From positions 1 to 56,890 of the forward strand of contig PWGX01000008.1 in NCBI GenBank assembly GCA_003554615.1: DNA of 56,890 bases, in the 5' to 3' direction. The position numbers and the translations under genes were made by a program. The DNA comes from Syntrophomonadaceae bacterium. GTDB taxonomy: Bacteria; Bacillota; Dethiobacteria; DTU022. Shown here piece after piece: positions 39,200-48,217 of this stretch (its first letter is position 1; each line of letters begins with the position of its first letter). The notes below the pieces were generated by a model that did no database searches, had not been told where the DNA came from, and saw only the letters and a list, made by a program, of their open reading frames with translations.

Positions 39200-39640
39200 T
39201 TACTTGACAATCAGGACGTTGCATTCAGCACAGTGAGCGACTTTGTTGCTGACACTTCCCAGGAAAGCTTCTTTGATGCCTCTCAGGCCATGGCTGCCTA
39301 AAACAACCAGGTTAAAATCTTTTTTATTGACCATTTCGCATATCGCATCCGATGGTGTTTTTTGACCAAAAATTACACTGGTATTTACTTGTAACCCTTT
39401 TTCCCTGAAGGTTTCAGCTGCTTTTTCGACAATTGCCTCAGCCTCTCCCTGGATATTTTTTAAAATCCTGTTCCATTCCTCATCCGTGAAGTGAATACTG
39501 ACTCCGGGACTTACAATGTTTCCCCAGGTTACAGTTATAATAGTCACTTCGGCTTTTAGAGCTTCTGCAATAGGCAGGGCTTCGTCAACAACTTTTTTTG
39601 AATGATCAGAACCATCAATAGCCAGTAAAATTCGATACAT
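39200..39640 (-). CDS. universal stress protein
   Basis: MYRILLAIDGSDHS, LVVLGSHG..G.....LGSVSNKV...A.CNVLIVK; ATG 39640 after AGGAG. Confidence 0.93.
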   Translation of the reverse strand: MYRILLAIDGSDHSKKVVDEALPIAEALKAEVTIITVTWGNIVSPGVSIHFTDEEWNRILKNIQGEAEAIVEKAAETFREKGLQVNTSVIFGQKTPSDAICEMVNKKDFNLVVLGSHGLRGIKEAFLGSVSNKVAHCAECNVLIVK

Positions 39641-39745
39641 TTTCTTCACTCCTGTTTGATAAATTTAATTATTTTGTTTTAATACTTCGACAAGCGTGGT
39701 ATATACTCCTACAGGACGCACCGCAATAAACATATCTTTTGGTTC

Positions 39746-39774
39746 TTTACAATTAATTCAAAAACCCTTACAAT
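39746..39774 (+). promoter_or_regulatory. own sigmaA promoter of tRNA-Val
   Basis: TTTACA-N17-TACAAT, 11 nt before the tRNA. Confidence 0.6.
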
Positions 39775-39785
39775 AACAAATACAA

Positions 39786-39860
39786 GGGCGAATAGCTCAG
39801 CGGGAGAGCACCTGCCTTACAAGCAGGGGGTCGCAGGTTCAAAACCTGCTTCGCCCACCA
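39786..39860 (+). tRNA. tRNA-Val(TAC)
   Basis: GGGCGAA/TTCGCCC acceptor, CCTGC-CTTACAA-GCAGG arm, CCA. Confidence 0.96.
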
Positions 39861-39873
39861 TAGGGTTAACTGA

Positions 39874-39909
39874 ATTAGGGCCTTGCATAATGCCAGGCCC
39901 TAATATTTT
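39874..39909. terminator. terminator after tRNA-Val
   Basis: ATTAGGGCCT...AGGCCCTAAT stem followed by T-rich sequence. Confidence 0.65.
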
Positions 39910-39982
39910 GCCTCCGCTGCAGGCATTGCCCTGTCAATAGAAACCAACCTTGATTCATCTCTTGTTATATTCGTTGTTACTC

Positions 39983-40552
39983 TCATGGAGTCTCAATCTT
40001 TGAAGCGACTTCTTCTTCCCGCAGGTTCAACCCTGTTTTTATATCTTTCAGCTGATCATAAATATTAAAGAACAGGATGACCAACTCCAGGTAAACTCTT
40101 AAAAAAATAACAGCGACTAACGCTCCAATCGGGGCTGTAATCAGGGCAATAAACACTCTCCCAAAACCGGTGGCTCCAACAGCTATTATGGATGAAATTA
40201 TGGCAGTAAACATTCCCAGTCCGATGCCCAGTAATCCCAGGATATACAGAGCTTTTATGATTTTGGGTGTGACCATTTCGGTCATATTTACATCAAAAAG
40301 AGATGCTAAAAACCCTTTCCCCCTGGAACTAAAATTTTCCTCAGGCTCCTGGAATGCTTTTTGCGGTTCCGGCGGGATTTCCTCCGTGGGGGGGACTTGT
40401 TCCGGTGGGGTTTCCCTTCCTTCGTATGGCCCCGAAGTGCCCGCGGGTTCGTCCGTCCGGTCTAAAAAAGAATGACAGTGCTTGCATTTGATTGCCTTAA
40501 TTTTGATTTCTTCCCCGCAATGGGGGCATTCCTTGTATTCCTGGTCGTTCAT
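39983..40552 (-). CDS. zinc-ribbon plus DUF4282-like membrane protein
   Basis: CPHCGE...KCKHC, Pro/Glu linker, LFD.....VTPKIIK.LY and RVYLE TM domain. Confidence 0.75.
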   Translation of the reverse strand: MNDQEYKECPHCGEEIKIKAIKCKHCHSFLDRTDEPAGTSGPYEGRETPPEQVPPTEEIPPEPQKAFQEPEENFSSRGKGFLASLFDVNMTEMVTPKIIKALYILGLLGIGLGMFTAIISSIIAVGATGFGRVFIALITAPIGALVAVIFLRVYLELVILFFNIYDQLKDIKTGLNLREEEVASKIETP

Positions 40553-40899
40553 TTCCCGGCCTCCCTTTAATATTAGATTGTTTTAGCCTTATAAGCAGAT
40601 GTCCTTCATTATGATAATGGTGCTACTTGTAAAGTATAATTTAACCGGTGGAGGTTTACAATATCTAGATTTGGCTGTTCGGACGGTATTTGTATTAAAC
40701 AGCCCGGCAGGCCTTTATTATTAGCGGTTTTTTAAAGCAGGATTTTACGGCCCAAAAAAGAAGAAGATTTATTAGCGCTTTAAAATATTTATCTTACGTG
40801 TAAATACTAGTGGTTTAATCAAAAGAAACCGGAATTTGATGGATTATCCCCGGAATGTTTAGGCGGCTTGTTAAACATTAAAAAAGGAAGTGAAAGACT

Positions 40900-41478
40900 A
40901 TGGAAGTAAAAAAACCTGATCGGGAAGAAGCAATGGCCCTGCTGAGAAAACACAATCAGAATGAGGCTTTAATCAAACATGCTTTGGCGGTTGAAGCAGT
41001 CATGGGGCATTTTGCTGAGAAGTTTGGTGAAGATCCGGAAAAATGGCGGGCAATAGGTTTAATCCATGACCTGGATTATGAAAAATACCCCGACGAGCAC
41101 TGCCATAAAACAAGGGAAATGCTGGAGGAAGAAGGATGGCCTGAAGACTATATCCGGGCGGTGCAAAGCCATGGCTGGAAAATCTGCACAGATGTAGAAC
41201 CCAGGGAGCCTATGGAAAAAATCCTTTATGCCATAGATGAATTAACCGGCCTGATCGTGGCTACTGTTTTAATGCGGCCCAGCAAAAGCATTATGGATCT
41301 AAATGCCAAGTCGGTAAAAAAGAAATGGAAGCAAAAAGGTTTTGCAGCCGGTGTCGACCGCGGTATCATAGAAGAGGGGGCCAACCTTCTCGGCATGGAT
41401 GTTACCGAACTTATAGAGGAAACAATCAAGGGAATGCAGAATGCGGCAGACGAACTTGATTTAAAGGGCAACCTTTAA
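40900..41478 (+). CDS. HD-domain (HDIG-type) metal-dependent phosphohydrolase
   Basis: LIKHALAVE, GLIHDLD, SHG, DELTGLI, KGFAAGVDR. Confidence 0.85.
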   Translation: MEVKKPDREEAMALLRKHNQNEALIKHALAVEAVMGHFAEKFGEDPEKWRAIGLIHDLDYEKYPDEHCHKTREMLEEEGWPEDYIRAVQSHGWKICTDVEPREPMEKILYAIDELTGLIVATVLMRPSKSIMDLNAKSVKKKWKQKGFAAGVDRGIIEEGANLLGMDVTELIEETIKGMQNAADELDLKGNL

Positions 41479-41779
41479 ACTTTGCTTATAAAAAATTACT
41501 TCCAGTAGAGGGCCTGCTTGATTTAATCAGCCAGGTTCTTCATTTTGGATCGGATATTTAAAACTTATCCCCTCCTGTTCATTTCTTTGCTATGGCTTGA
41601 TGCTGAAAATGGGCTCGTCCCTGACAATAAGCCGTTAAGTTATTTCTTAAATTGTGTATTTCCCCCTGGAATCATGTATAATTTATTACAGTTCTAAAGA
41701 ATAACCATGTAACCTTGTATTACAGTAAATCCGGTTATGTTAAAAGCAAAAATAGGACTAATTTGCGGGAAGTGTTTTT

Positions 41780-42892
41780 TTGGGTGTATCAGCGAATAAT
41801 CATAAAGTAATTGTCGCCATGAGCGGTGGAGTAGATAGCTCTGTAGCGGCCTTTTTATTGAAGGAAGCCGGCTATGATGTAGTTGGTGTTACCCTTCGGA
41901 TGTGGGTTGATCCTTTGTCCGAAGCACAGGCAGGGGAAGAGGCTAAAAGCTGTTGTTCTTATGAAGCCGTCCTTGATGCTCAAAAAGTGGCCGCCCTGCT
42001 TGATATTCCCCATTACGTCTTAAACATGAAGGATGAATTCTATGAAAACGTTGTTTGTGATTTTACGTCCGAATACCTGCTGGGCAGAACCCCCAATCCC
42101 TGTGTTGAATGTAACCGGACCGTTAAATTCTCTTTTCTGCTGCAAAAAGCAAGGGGACTGGGAATTAACCGCCTGGCTACAGGGCATTATGCCCGCATAA
42201 AATATGATGAAACAAGTGGCAGCTATAAACTTTACCGGGGGGTTGACAGGCAGAAAGACCAGAGTTATATGCTTTATGTCCTCACCCAGGAAGAACTAAG
42301 AGCAAGCCTGTTTCCGGTTGGAGATAAGACCAAGCAGGAAATCCGGGAAATTGCAGAAAGAGGAAAGCTTAAGGTGGCAGGTAAAGAAGAGAGCCAGGAA
42401 ATATGTTTTATTCCCGACAACGATTACCGTTCTTTCATGGAGAGGATGTGCCCGGAAGCCGCCCGGCCGGGCGACATTTTTTCTACTTCCGGTGAAAAAC
42501 TTGGCCGTCACCAGGGGATAGCCTTTTATACGATCGGGCAGCGCAAAGGGCTGGGCATAACTTATTCTGAGCCTTTATATGTCATCGATATTGATCCTTC
42601 CGGGAACCGTATAATTGTAGGAACAGAACCGGAAACTTACAGCTCGGGGATGATCGTAGAAAAACTCAATTATATTTCCGGTACTGCTCCCTCAAAACCC
42701 TTTAAAATCGAGGTCAAGATACGTTATCGAGCCCTGGCTGTACCGGCCACCTTATACCCGCCGGAAAATGGTCATGCCAGGGTGGATTTTGAGTCAAAAC
42801 AGAAAGCGGTTACTCCCGGCCAGTCGGCGGTTTTTTATGACGGCGATGAAGTTTTGGGCGGCGGTTTAATTAATGGGCCCATAAAAAAATAA
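41780..42892 (+). CDS. mnmA: tRNA U34 2-thiouridylase
   Basis: AMSGGVDSS, TPNPCVECN, ATGHYAR, KDQSY, ESQEICF, YTIGQRKG, VTPGQSAV. Confidence 0.97.
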   Translation: MGVSANNHKVIVAMSGGVDSSVAAFLLKEAGYDVVGVTLRMWVDPLSEAQAGEEAKSCCSYEAVLDAQKVAALLDIPHYVLNMKDEFYENVVCDFTSEYLLGRTPNPCVECNRTVKFSFLLQKARGLGINRLATGHYARIKYDETSGSYKLYRGVDRQKDQSYMLYVLTQEELRASLFPVGDKTKQEIREIAERGKLKVAGKEESQEICFIPDNDYRSFMERMCPEAARPGDIFSTSGEKLGRHQGIAFYTIGQRKGLGITYSEPLYVIDIDPSGNRIIVGTEPETYSSGMIVEKLNYISGTAPSKPFKIEVKIRYRALAVPATLYPPENGHARVDFESKQKAVTPGQSAVFYDGDEVLGGGLINGPIKK

Positions 42893-42959
42893 GATAATCC
42901 GATTATAGGCATTACCGGGAATAATATCCTAAGATAGTTGGTCAAGGAGGAAAGGTGTC

Positions 42960-44273
42960 ATGAAAAAGGTAGTTGTATTCGGAGCCGGCAGAATAGCAGC
43001 CCCGTGTGTTCGACACATGCTCAAAGATCCTGATTTACAAGTGGTAGTAGTAGATAAGGTAATTGAAAACGCCCAAAAGATTATTGCCAATCATCCCGGT
43101 GGCGAAGCGGTTTCTTTGGACCTGCAGGATGCCGACAACTTAATAGATGAGGCAGATCTGGTGGTGAGCCTGCTGCCTCGCTTTTTAGATCTGCAGGTGA
43201 TTAATAAGTGTATTGAGCATAAGACATCTCTTGTTTTCCCTAATTTTTTATCGCCCGAAATAAAAGATCTGGATCAAAAAGCAAAGGAAGCCGGGATTAC
43301 TGTTCTTGGTGAAATTGGCTTGGATCCGGGAATTGATCACATGTCAGCCGTAAAAGTAATTGATGAAATTAAGGAAAAAGGCGGAGCAGTAAAAAAATTT
43401 AGTTCATGGTGCGGGGGGCTTCCCGCTCCGGATGCGGCAAATGAGCCGGTGAGGTACAAGTTTTCCTGGTCTCCAGAAGAGGCTATCGAAGCCTGCACCT
43501 GCCCGGCTCGTTTCCAGAAGCAAGGGAAAGAAATAAATATCTCCGGCAGTGAATTAATGAAACACTATTCTTTTAAAAATGTGGCGGGATGCGGTTGGTT
43601 TGAAGAATATCCTAACAGCGATGCTATTTTTTATATTGATATATACGGTATACCGGAAGTTGACACGATTTACCGGGGCACTTTTCGCTATCCCGGCTGG
43701 TGTGAAACCATAGCCTGTCTATATGAAGTTGGAATGTTTGACACCCGTGTTGAAGACGTCGGGAATATGACTTATAAGGAATATATTTGTAAGCGGATTG
43801 GTTTGTCAAGCAATGAAAATATTGCCAGGGCCCTGGCTGAATACCTGGGGGTCCGGGAGTATTCAGTGGTGATTAAAAATATTGAGTGGCTTGGGTTTTT
43901 TAACAATGAGCCTCTACCGTTTGAACAGGCTGCAGCAAAAGAAATTTTGTCAGATCTTTTATTAAAAAAACTCAGCTATGGTAAAGGGGAAAGAGACCTG
44001 GTGGTTATGGTCCATGAATTTGATGTTCTTCAACCGGGCGGAAAAGCGGGGCGAATTACATCGACCCTGGTTGAATACGGAGAACCGGACGGCGATTCGG
44101 CAATGGCCAGGACTACCGGACTTCCGGTGGCGATTGCCGCCAAAATTATTGTCAGGGGGAAATACGGCAAGCCGGGAGTGCAAATTCCTGTAGACAGGGA
44201 ATTGTATCGGCCTGTGCTAAAAGAACTGGAAGAATTAGGTATTTACTTGAAGGACACTTATGTTGAACTATAG
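42960..44273 (+). CDS. saccharopine dehydrogenase (NADP+, glutamate-forming type)
   Basis: GAGRI Rossmann fold, GLDPGIDHMSA, YKFSWSP, RGTFRY, SAMARTTG. Confidence 0.85.
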   Translation: MKKVVVFGAGRIAAPCVRHMLKDPDLQVVVVDKVIENAQKIIANHPGGEAVSLDLQDADNLIDEADLVVSLLPRFLDLQVINKCIEHKTSLVFPNFLSPEIKDLDQKAKEAGITVLGEIGLDPGIDHMSAVKVIDEIKEKGGAVKKFSSWCGGLPAPDAANEPVRYKFSWSPEEAIEACTCPARFQKQGKEINISGSELMKHYSFKNVAGCGWFEEYPNSDAIFYIDIYGIPEVDTIYRGTFRYPGWCETIACLYEVGMFDTRVEDVGNMTYKEYICKRIGLSSNENIARALAEYLGVREYSVVIKNIEWLGFFNNEPLPFEQAAAKEILSDLLLKKLSYGKGERDLVVMVHEFDVLQPGGKAGRITSTLVEYGEPDGDSAMARTTGLPVAIAAKIIVRGKYGKPGVQIPVDRELYRPVLKELEELGIYLKDTYVEL

Positions 44274-44520
44274 AAGGTAATTTATTCTGGTTTAATCGGA
44301 GGTTGAAGTTCATTATTGTTCAGGACTTTAATTATGGCATAAGCATCAGAAATGGGATGAGGTTCAGGTAGTAATTACAACAACTATTTCATCTGCTGCT
44401 TACAGGGTTCTCTTTTATTGTTTCCGGTTTAATGTTTCTTTTTAGTACAAGCCAAATCGGCAGGCGCTGTTTAAGCAGGATTGCCGGCAGGTGTTTTTAA
44501 ACAGTTAAATTGATTGTATT

Positions 44521-44796
44521 GTGCGGATTTCAAGCCTGAACAATGCTGAAAAAGACGGATCTACACTGCGGTTCAGGGCTAAAAAAGATTCAAAGCTGTG
44601 GCAGGTAGAAGTTGTTGATATTAGAAACAATGAAGTAGTCCACGAAATACCTACTGAACGGGCCTTTGAAGTGGCAAACCGAATCCAGGGTCTTTATGGA
44701 ATTCTAATGGATGAAAAATGGATGAAAAAAGGTAAGGTTGTTTTGACCTGGAGCTGCCAGGCTTTCCGTCCAGCTTTTTTAAAATCCCGGTTATAA
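44521..44796 (+). pseudogene. FlaG-like fragment with a frameshifting 11-bp duplication
   Basis: LRF........VEVVD..NNEVVHEIP.E....A......GILMDEK matches the FlaG C-domain pattern; ATGGATGAAAA duplicated at 44707-44728; no clear RBS or N-terminal region. Confidence 0.65.
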
Positions 44797-44887
44797 AATA
44801 GGAATACTTAAATTTACGCTTGACACCAGGGGCACAGCCCATCGGTACGGCTGGTTTTTCGCTCCCCACGCCTGGAGTTGTCCCATC

Positions 44888-44931
44888 AATATGATCTACT
44901 GCCCGACTGCCCGGCACCGGTAGATCATATT
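44888..44931. repeat. 14-bp inverted repeat
   Basis: AATATGATCTACTG...CGGTAGATCATATT. Confidence 0.7.
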
Positions 44932-45165
44932 TGCCAAAATCAAGTTACATTTGACAAATCGGTTCTCTACAAGAAATAAAACCAGGTAACCCCTTAGGAT
45001 CTAAAAATAAGGTGAAAAATATTTGCCTGTATCAATATTTGATATATGCAATAAAAATTACTCCCTTCCTTCCCGGCATTGTCAGTTGTTTTAATTTCCC
45101 CGGAAATATTCTAATGAGAGCCCGGATATGATAAGATTAGATCATAAAAGTCCGGTTTTATCGGT

Positions 45166-47208
45166 ATGGGATGGGGTGTTTTAGTGTCAGGGTATACAGC
45201 CGGTTTGAACCGATTAATTATTTTAGCTTTCTCCTTAATATTAACCACTAGTTTATTTGCTTTGATTCCTGCTTCCGGTGCTCGAGCTTCAAATAACGAT
45301 CTGCCTGATCATGGGAACGAATTAAGCCTGACCATCCTTTACACCAATGATGAACACGGTGCCTTGATCCCCCATTCCCCGGCCGTCGATTTTCACCCTT
45401 ACAGGGAAAACCCTGCTGTTGGCGGATATGCCCGCCTGGCAGCAGTTGTTGAGGAGGTCAGGCAGAAAAAAGAGGCTGCAGGAGAACCTGTGTTATTGTT
45501 TTCCGGCGGCGATTTTATAGGAGGGACAGCCTACAGCTGGCTGGCTCCCCTGGGCTATGCACCTGAATTAAGTATAAAACAAAAGATCGGTTATGATGCG
45601 GTGATAATCGGCAACCATGAGTACGATTACGGTCCTGGTGTTTTAGCTAAATATCTTAAAGAGGCCGGGTACCCGGAAGCCCACCAGGAAACAGCAGTCC
45701 TGGCTTCAAATACCCTGGCGCCCCCCGATCACCCCCTGGCCCGGGAACAGTTATACCGGGAAAACCACCTTATCTCCCTTGACAACGGCCTGAAGGTGGG
45801 ATTGTTTGGATTAATGGGCAAAGACGCCGTTGCAGTCACCACGGCCAACGAACCGGTTGAATTTTCCGATCAGCACCAAGCAGCCCGCCGGATGGTGGAA
45901 ACACTTGAACAGCAGGGAGCTGACCTGATCATTGCTCTTACCCATTCCGGGGTGGAGGAAGATCGGGGCCTGGCTGCCGATGTTGCAGGGATCGATGTTA
46001 TAGTTGGCGGGCACTGCCACACCGCCCTGGAAGAACCGGTTATTGTAAATGATACGATCATTGTCCAGGCCGGCGCGCACCTGGAGTATGTGGGGCATCT
46101 CGAACTGACCCTTGACCTGTCTTCCGGCACGGTAAGCATTCGTAACGATCCTGATCAAGCCCCTTTCCTAAAAAAACTGGATCACTCGATCCCTCTTCAT
46201 CCCGGCATTGATGAAGCGATCGGGGCCTATACGGACATATTAAACGAATATATCGAGGAAAAAACGCAGGGGCGCTTCCAGCATATACTGGATCCGGTTG
46301 CTTTTTCCGAATTTAAACTTCCGGATTACCCCCCGCTGCAGGAAACACCGATGGGGAATTTTGTTGCCGATGCGATGCGCCTGGTGACCGCTGAGAAAAC
46401 CGGCCACGATCCTGATTTTGCCGTTCAGGCCAACGGTGTAATCAGGGGCAGTATTATACCGGGCGCCATGCCCCATTCTTACGGCAAAATATCTTTCTAC
46501 GATCTGGTTGAGCTGGTGGGGTTGGGGATGGGAGAAGATGGTCATGCTGGTTACCCTCTTATTGCCGCTTACCTGACGGGAGATGAAATAAGGCGCATTC
46601 TCGAGGTAGCTGTTTTGATGGAAGAAGTAATGGGCAATACATATTTCCTCCAGTTTTCCGGATTGCGCTATGATTATAACCCCCATAACGCTGTTTTATT
46701 CACGGTGCCTTTTTTAAACCTCCCGGTTCCCACGACCAGGGCGGTTGTCAACGCCGAAAAATATACGGGAGAAGGCCGGCAGGTGCCGGGAGAAGGCCCT
46801 TATGTTCCGATTGAAAAAGGAGACGAAGAACTGTACTGCCTGGTTACGGATGCCTATATCGCTTCTTTCCTGCCGATGGTCGGCGAAATGATTCCCCGGC
46901 TGGACGTGGTTTTAAAAGACCGGGACGGCACCCCTGTCGCAGTTGAAGATATTGAGAAACTGATCGTTCATATCAATGATGAGGAACTTAAAGTATGGCA
47001 GGCTGTGGTGGAATATGCCGCCGATCAGCCGGTGGGAGATTCGGGCCTGCCTGAAATCGAACCCTATTATGCTGCCCCTGCCGGCAGGATTAACCCGGTG
47101 TGGACGATACCGCTGATCATGTGGCCGCTGGTATTTTTCCTGACCCTGGCCCTGGGAGGATGCTACCTGTACAGGAGAAGAAAGAAGGGCCGCACCAGGC
47201 TGCAATAA
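45166..47208 (+). CDS. exported 5'-nucleotidase / metallophosphoesterase with C-terminal membrane anchor
   Basis: Signal peptide (ARA), TNDEHG, GGD, GNHEYD, THSG, GGHCH, C-terminal TM followed by RRRKK. Confidence 0.88.
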   Translation: MGWGVLVSGYTAGLNRLIILAFSLILTTSLFALIPASGARASNNDLPDHGNELSLTILYTNDEHGALIPHSPAVDFHPYRENPAVGGYARLAAVVEEVRQKKEAAGEPVLLFSGGDFIGGTAYSWLAPLGYAPELSIKQKIGYDAVIIGNHEYDYGPGVLAKYLKEAGYPEAHQETAVLASNTLAPPDHPLAREQLYRENHLISLDNGLKVGLFGLMGKDAVAVTTANEPVEFSDQHQAARRMVETLEQQGADLIIALTHSGVEEDRGLAADVAGIDVIVGGHCHTALEEPVIVNDTIIVQAGAHLEYVGHLELTLDLSSGTVSIRNDPDQAPFLKKLDHSIPLHPGIDEAIGAYTDILNEYIEEKTQGRFQHILDPVAFSEFKLPDYPPLQETPMGNFVADAMRLVTAEKTGHDPDFAVQANGVIRGSIIPGAMPHSYGKISFYDLVELVGLGMGEDGHAGYPLIAAYLTGDEIRRILEVAVLMEEVMGNTYFLQFSGLRYDYNPHNAVLFTVPFLNLPVPTTRAVVNAEKYTGEGRQVPGEGPYVPIEKGDEELYCLVTDAYIASFLPMVGEMIPRLDVVLKDRDGTPVAVEDIEKLIVHINDEELKVWQAVVEYAADQPVGDSGLPEIEPYYAAPAGRINPVWTIPLIMWPLVFFLTLALGGCYLYRRRKKGRTRLQ

Positions 47209-47287
47209 GTGCCCGTCGGTAGACACTTTCCGGTAATTATGCTAACTTTAAGCAAGAAACTACCCATAAGATTGGAGCTGATGAGGT

Positions 47288-48163
47288 TTGAAATGCCTGG
47301 CCTGGATCGACGGTTATGTGTGTGATATCTCCGAAGGCCAAGTTCCCCTGGAAGACAGGGGGTACCTATTCGGGGACGGGGTTTATGAAGTGATTAAGAT
47401 TTACAATGAGAAACCGTTTTACCTGCACCCTCACCTGCAAAGACTGCAAAACAGCGCCAATGCCATTGATATTGAGATTCCCTATTCGATGGAAGAAATT
47501 GAAACAGAAATTAACGGTTTGATCGAGAAAAGCGAATGCAGGGGCGGTTATTTATATATGCAGTTGACCAGGGGCAGTGCAAAGAGAGATCACCTTTTAC
47601 CTGAGGGCACCAGGCCCTCCATGGTGATGTATGTGAGGGAATTTACCTCTCCGGCCTCCATAGAAGATATCAAACCATCTTCATGTATAACCCTGCCTGA
47701 CGAAAGATGGATGAATTGCTATATCAAGTCGGTCAACCTTTTACCAAACGTTTTAGCCCGGCATAAAGCTGCTGAAGCCGGAGCGGAAGAAGCAATATTT
47801 TATCGCTCCGGCGGGATAGTCACCGAAGGCACCCGGACCAATATTTTTGCAGTTATAGATGGCGTGGTCCGGACCCATCCGGAATCAAAGCTGATTTTAT
47901 CCGGGATCACCAGGATGATAGCGCTTGATATTTTAAAGAAACTTGATGTTACAGTATCTGAAGCGGCCTTTAAACTCGAAGATTTGGAAAATGCAGCGGA
48001 GGTGTGGACTACATCTACAGGCATGGAGATAGCCCCGGTGGCGAAAATTAACGGGCGCCCGGTTAGTGATACGGTTCCCGGCCCGATCTGTAAGAAATTA
48101 ATTGAAGAATTCTGGAAAAAAGTCGAAGCTGAATGTTACGATGGCGGTAAGCGCCGGGATTAA
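47288..48163 (+). CDS. dat: D-amino-acid aminotransferase (class IV PLP enzyme)
   Basis: EDRGYLFGDGVYEV, YMQLTRG..KRDH, IKSVNLLPN, TEG..TN, ILSGITR. Confidence 0.85.
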   Translation: MKCLAWIDGYVCDISEGQVPLEDRGYLFGDGVYEVIKIYNEKPFYLHPHLQRLQNSANAIDIEIPYSMEEIETEINGLIEKSECRGGYLYMQLTRGSAKRDHLLPEGTRPSMVMYVREFTSPASIEDIKPSSCITLPDERWMNCYIKSVNLLPNVLARHKAAEAGAEEAIFYRSGGIVTEGTRTNIFAVIDGVVRTHPESKLILSGITRMIALDILKKLDVTVSEAAFKLEDLENAAEVWTTSTGMEIAPVAKINGRPVSDTVPGPICKKLIEEFWKKVEAECYDGGKRRD

Positions 48164-48217
48164 CCGGCGGTGATAACTGCAAAGACTCCTCTAGCATTGT
48201 CGATAAGGGGTGTAAAA

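Noticed and set aside
37818-39860. Genomic C8 in tRNAs as evidence for CDAT8-like editing by the cdd fusion
   Set aside because: All four intact tRNAs encode T at position 8, so this window gives no support for that specific activity
44880-45040. c-di-GMP-I or -II riboswitch
   Set aside because: GGCAC loop and GGCAAA/GGGGTTACC fragments are present, but the required AGTRGTGCAACC or GAAA/GACGCAAAG elements are missing
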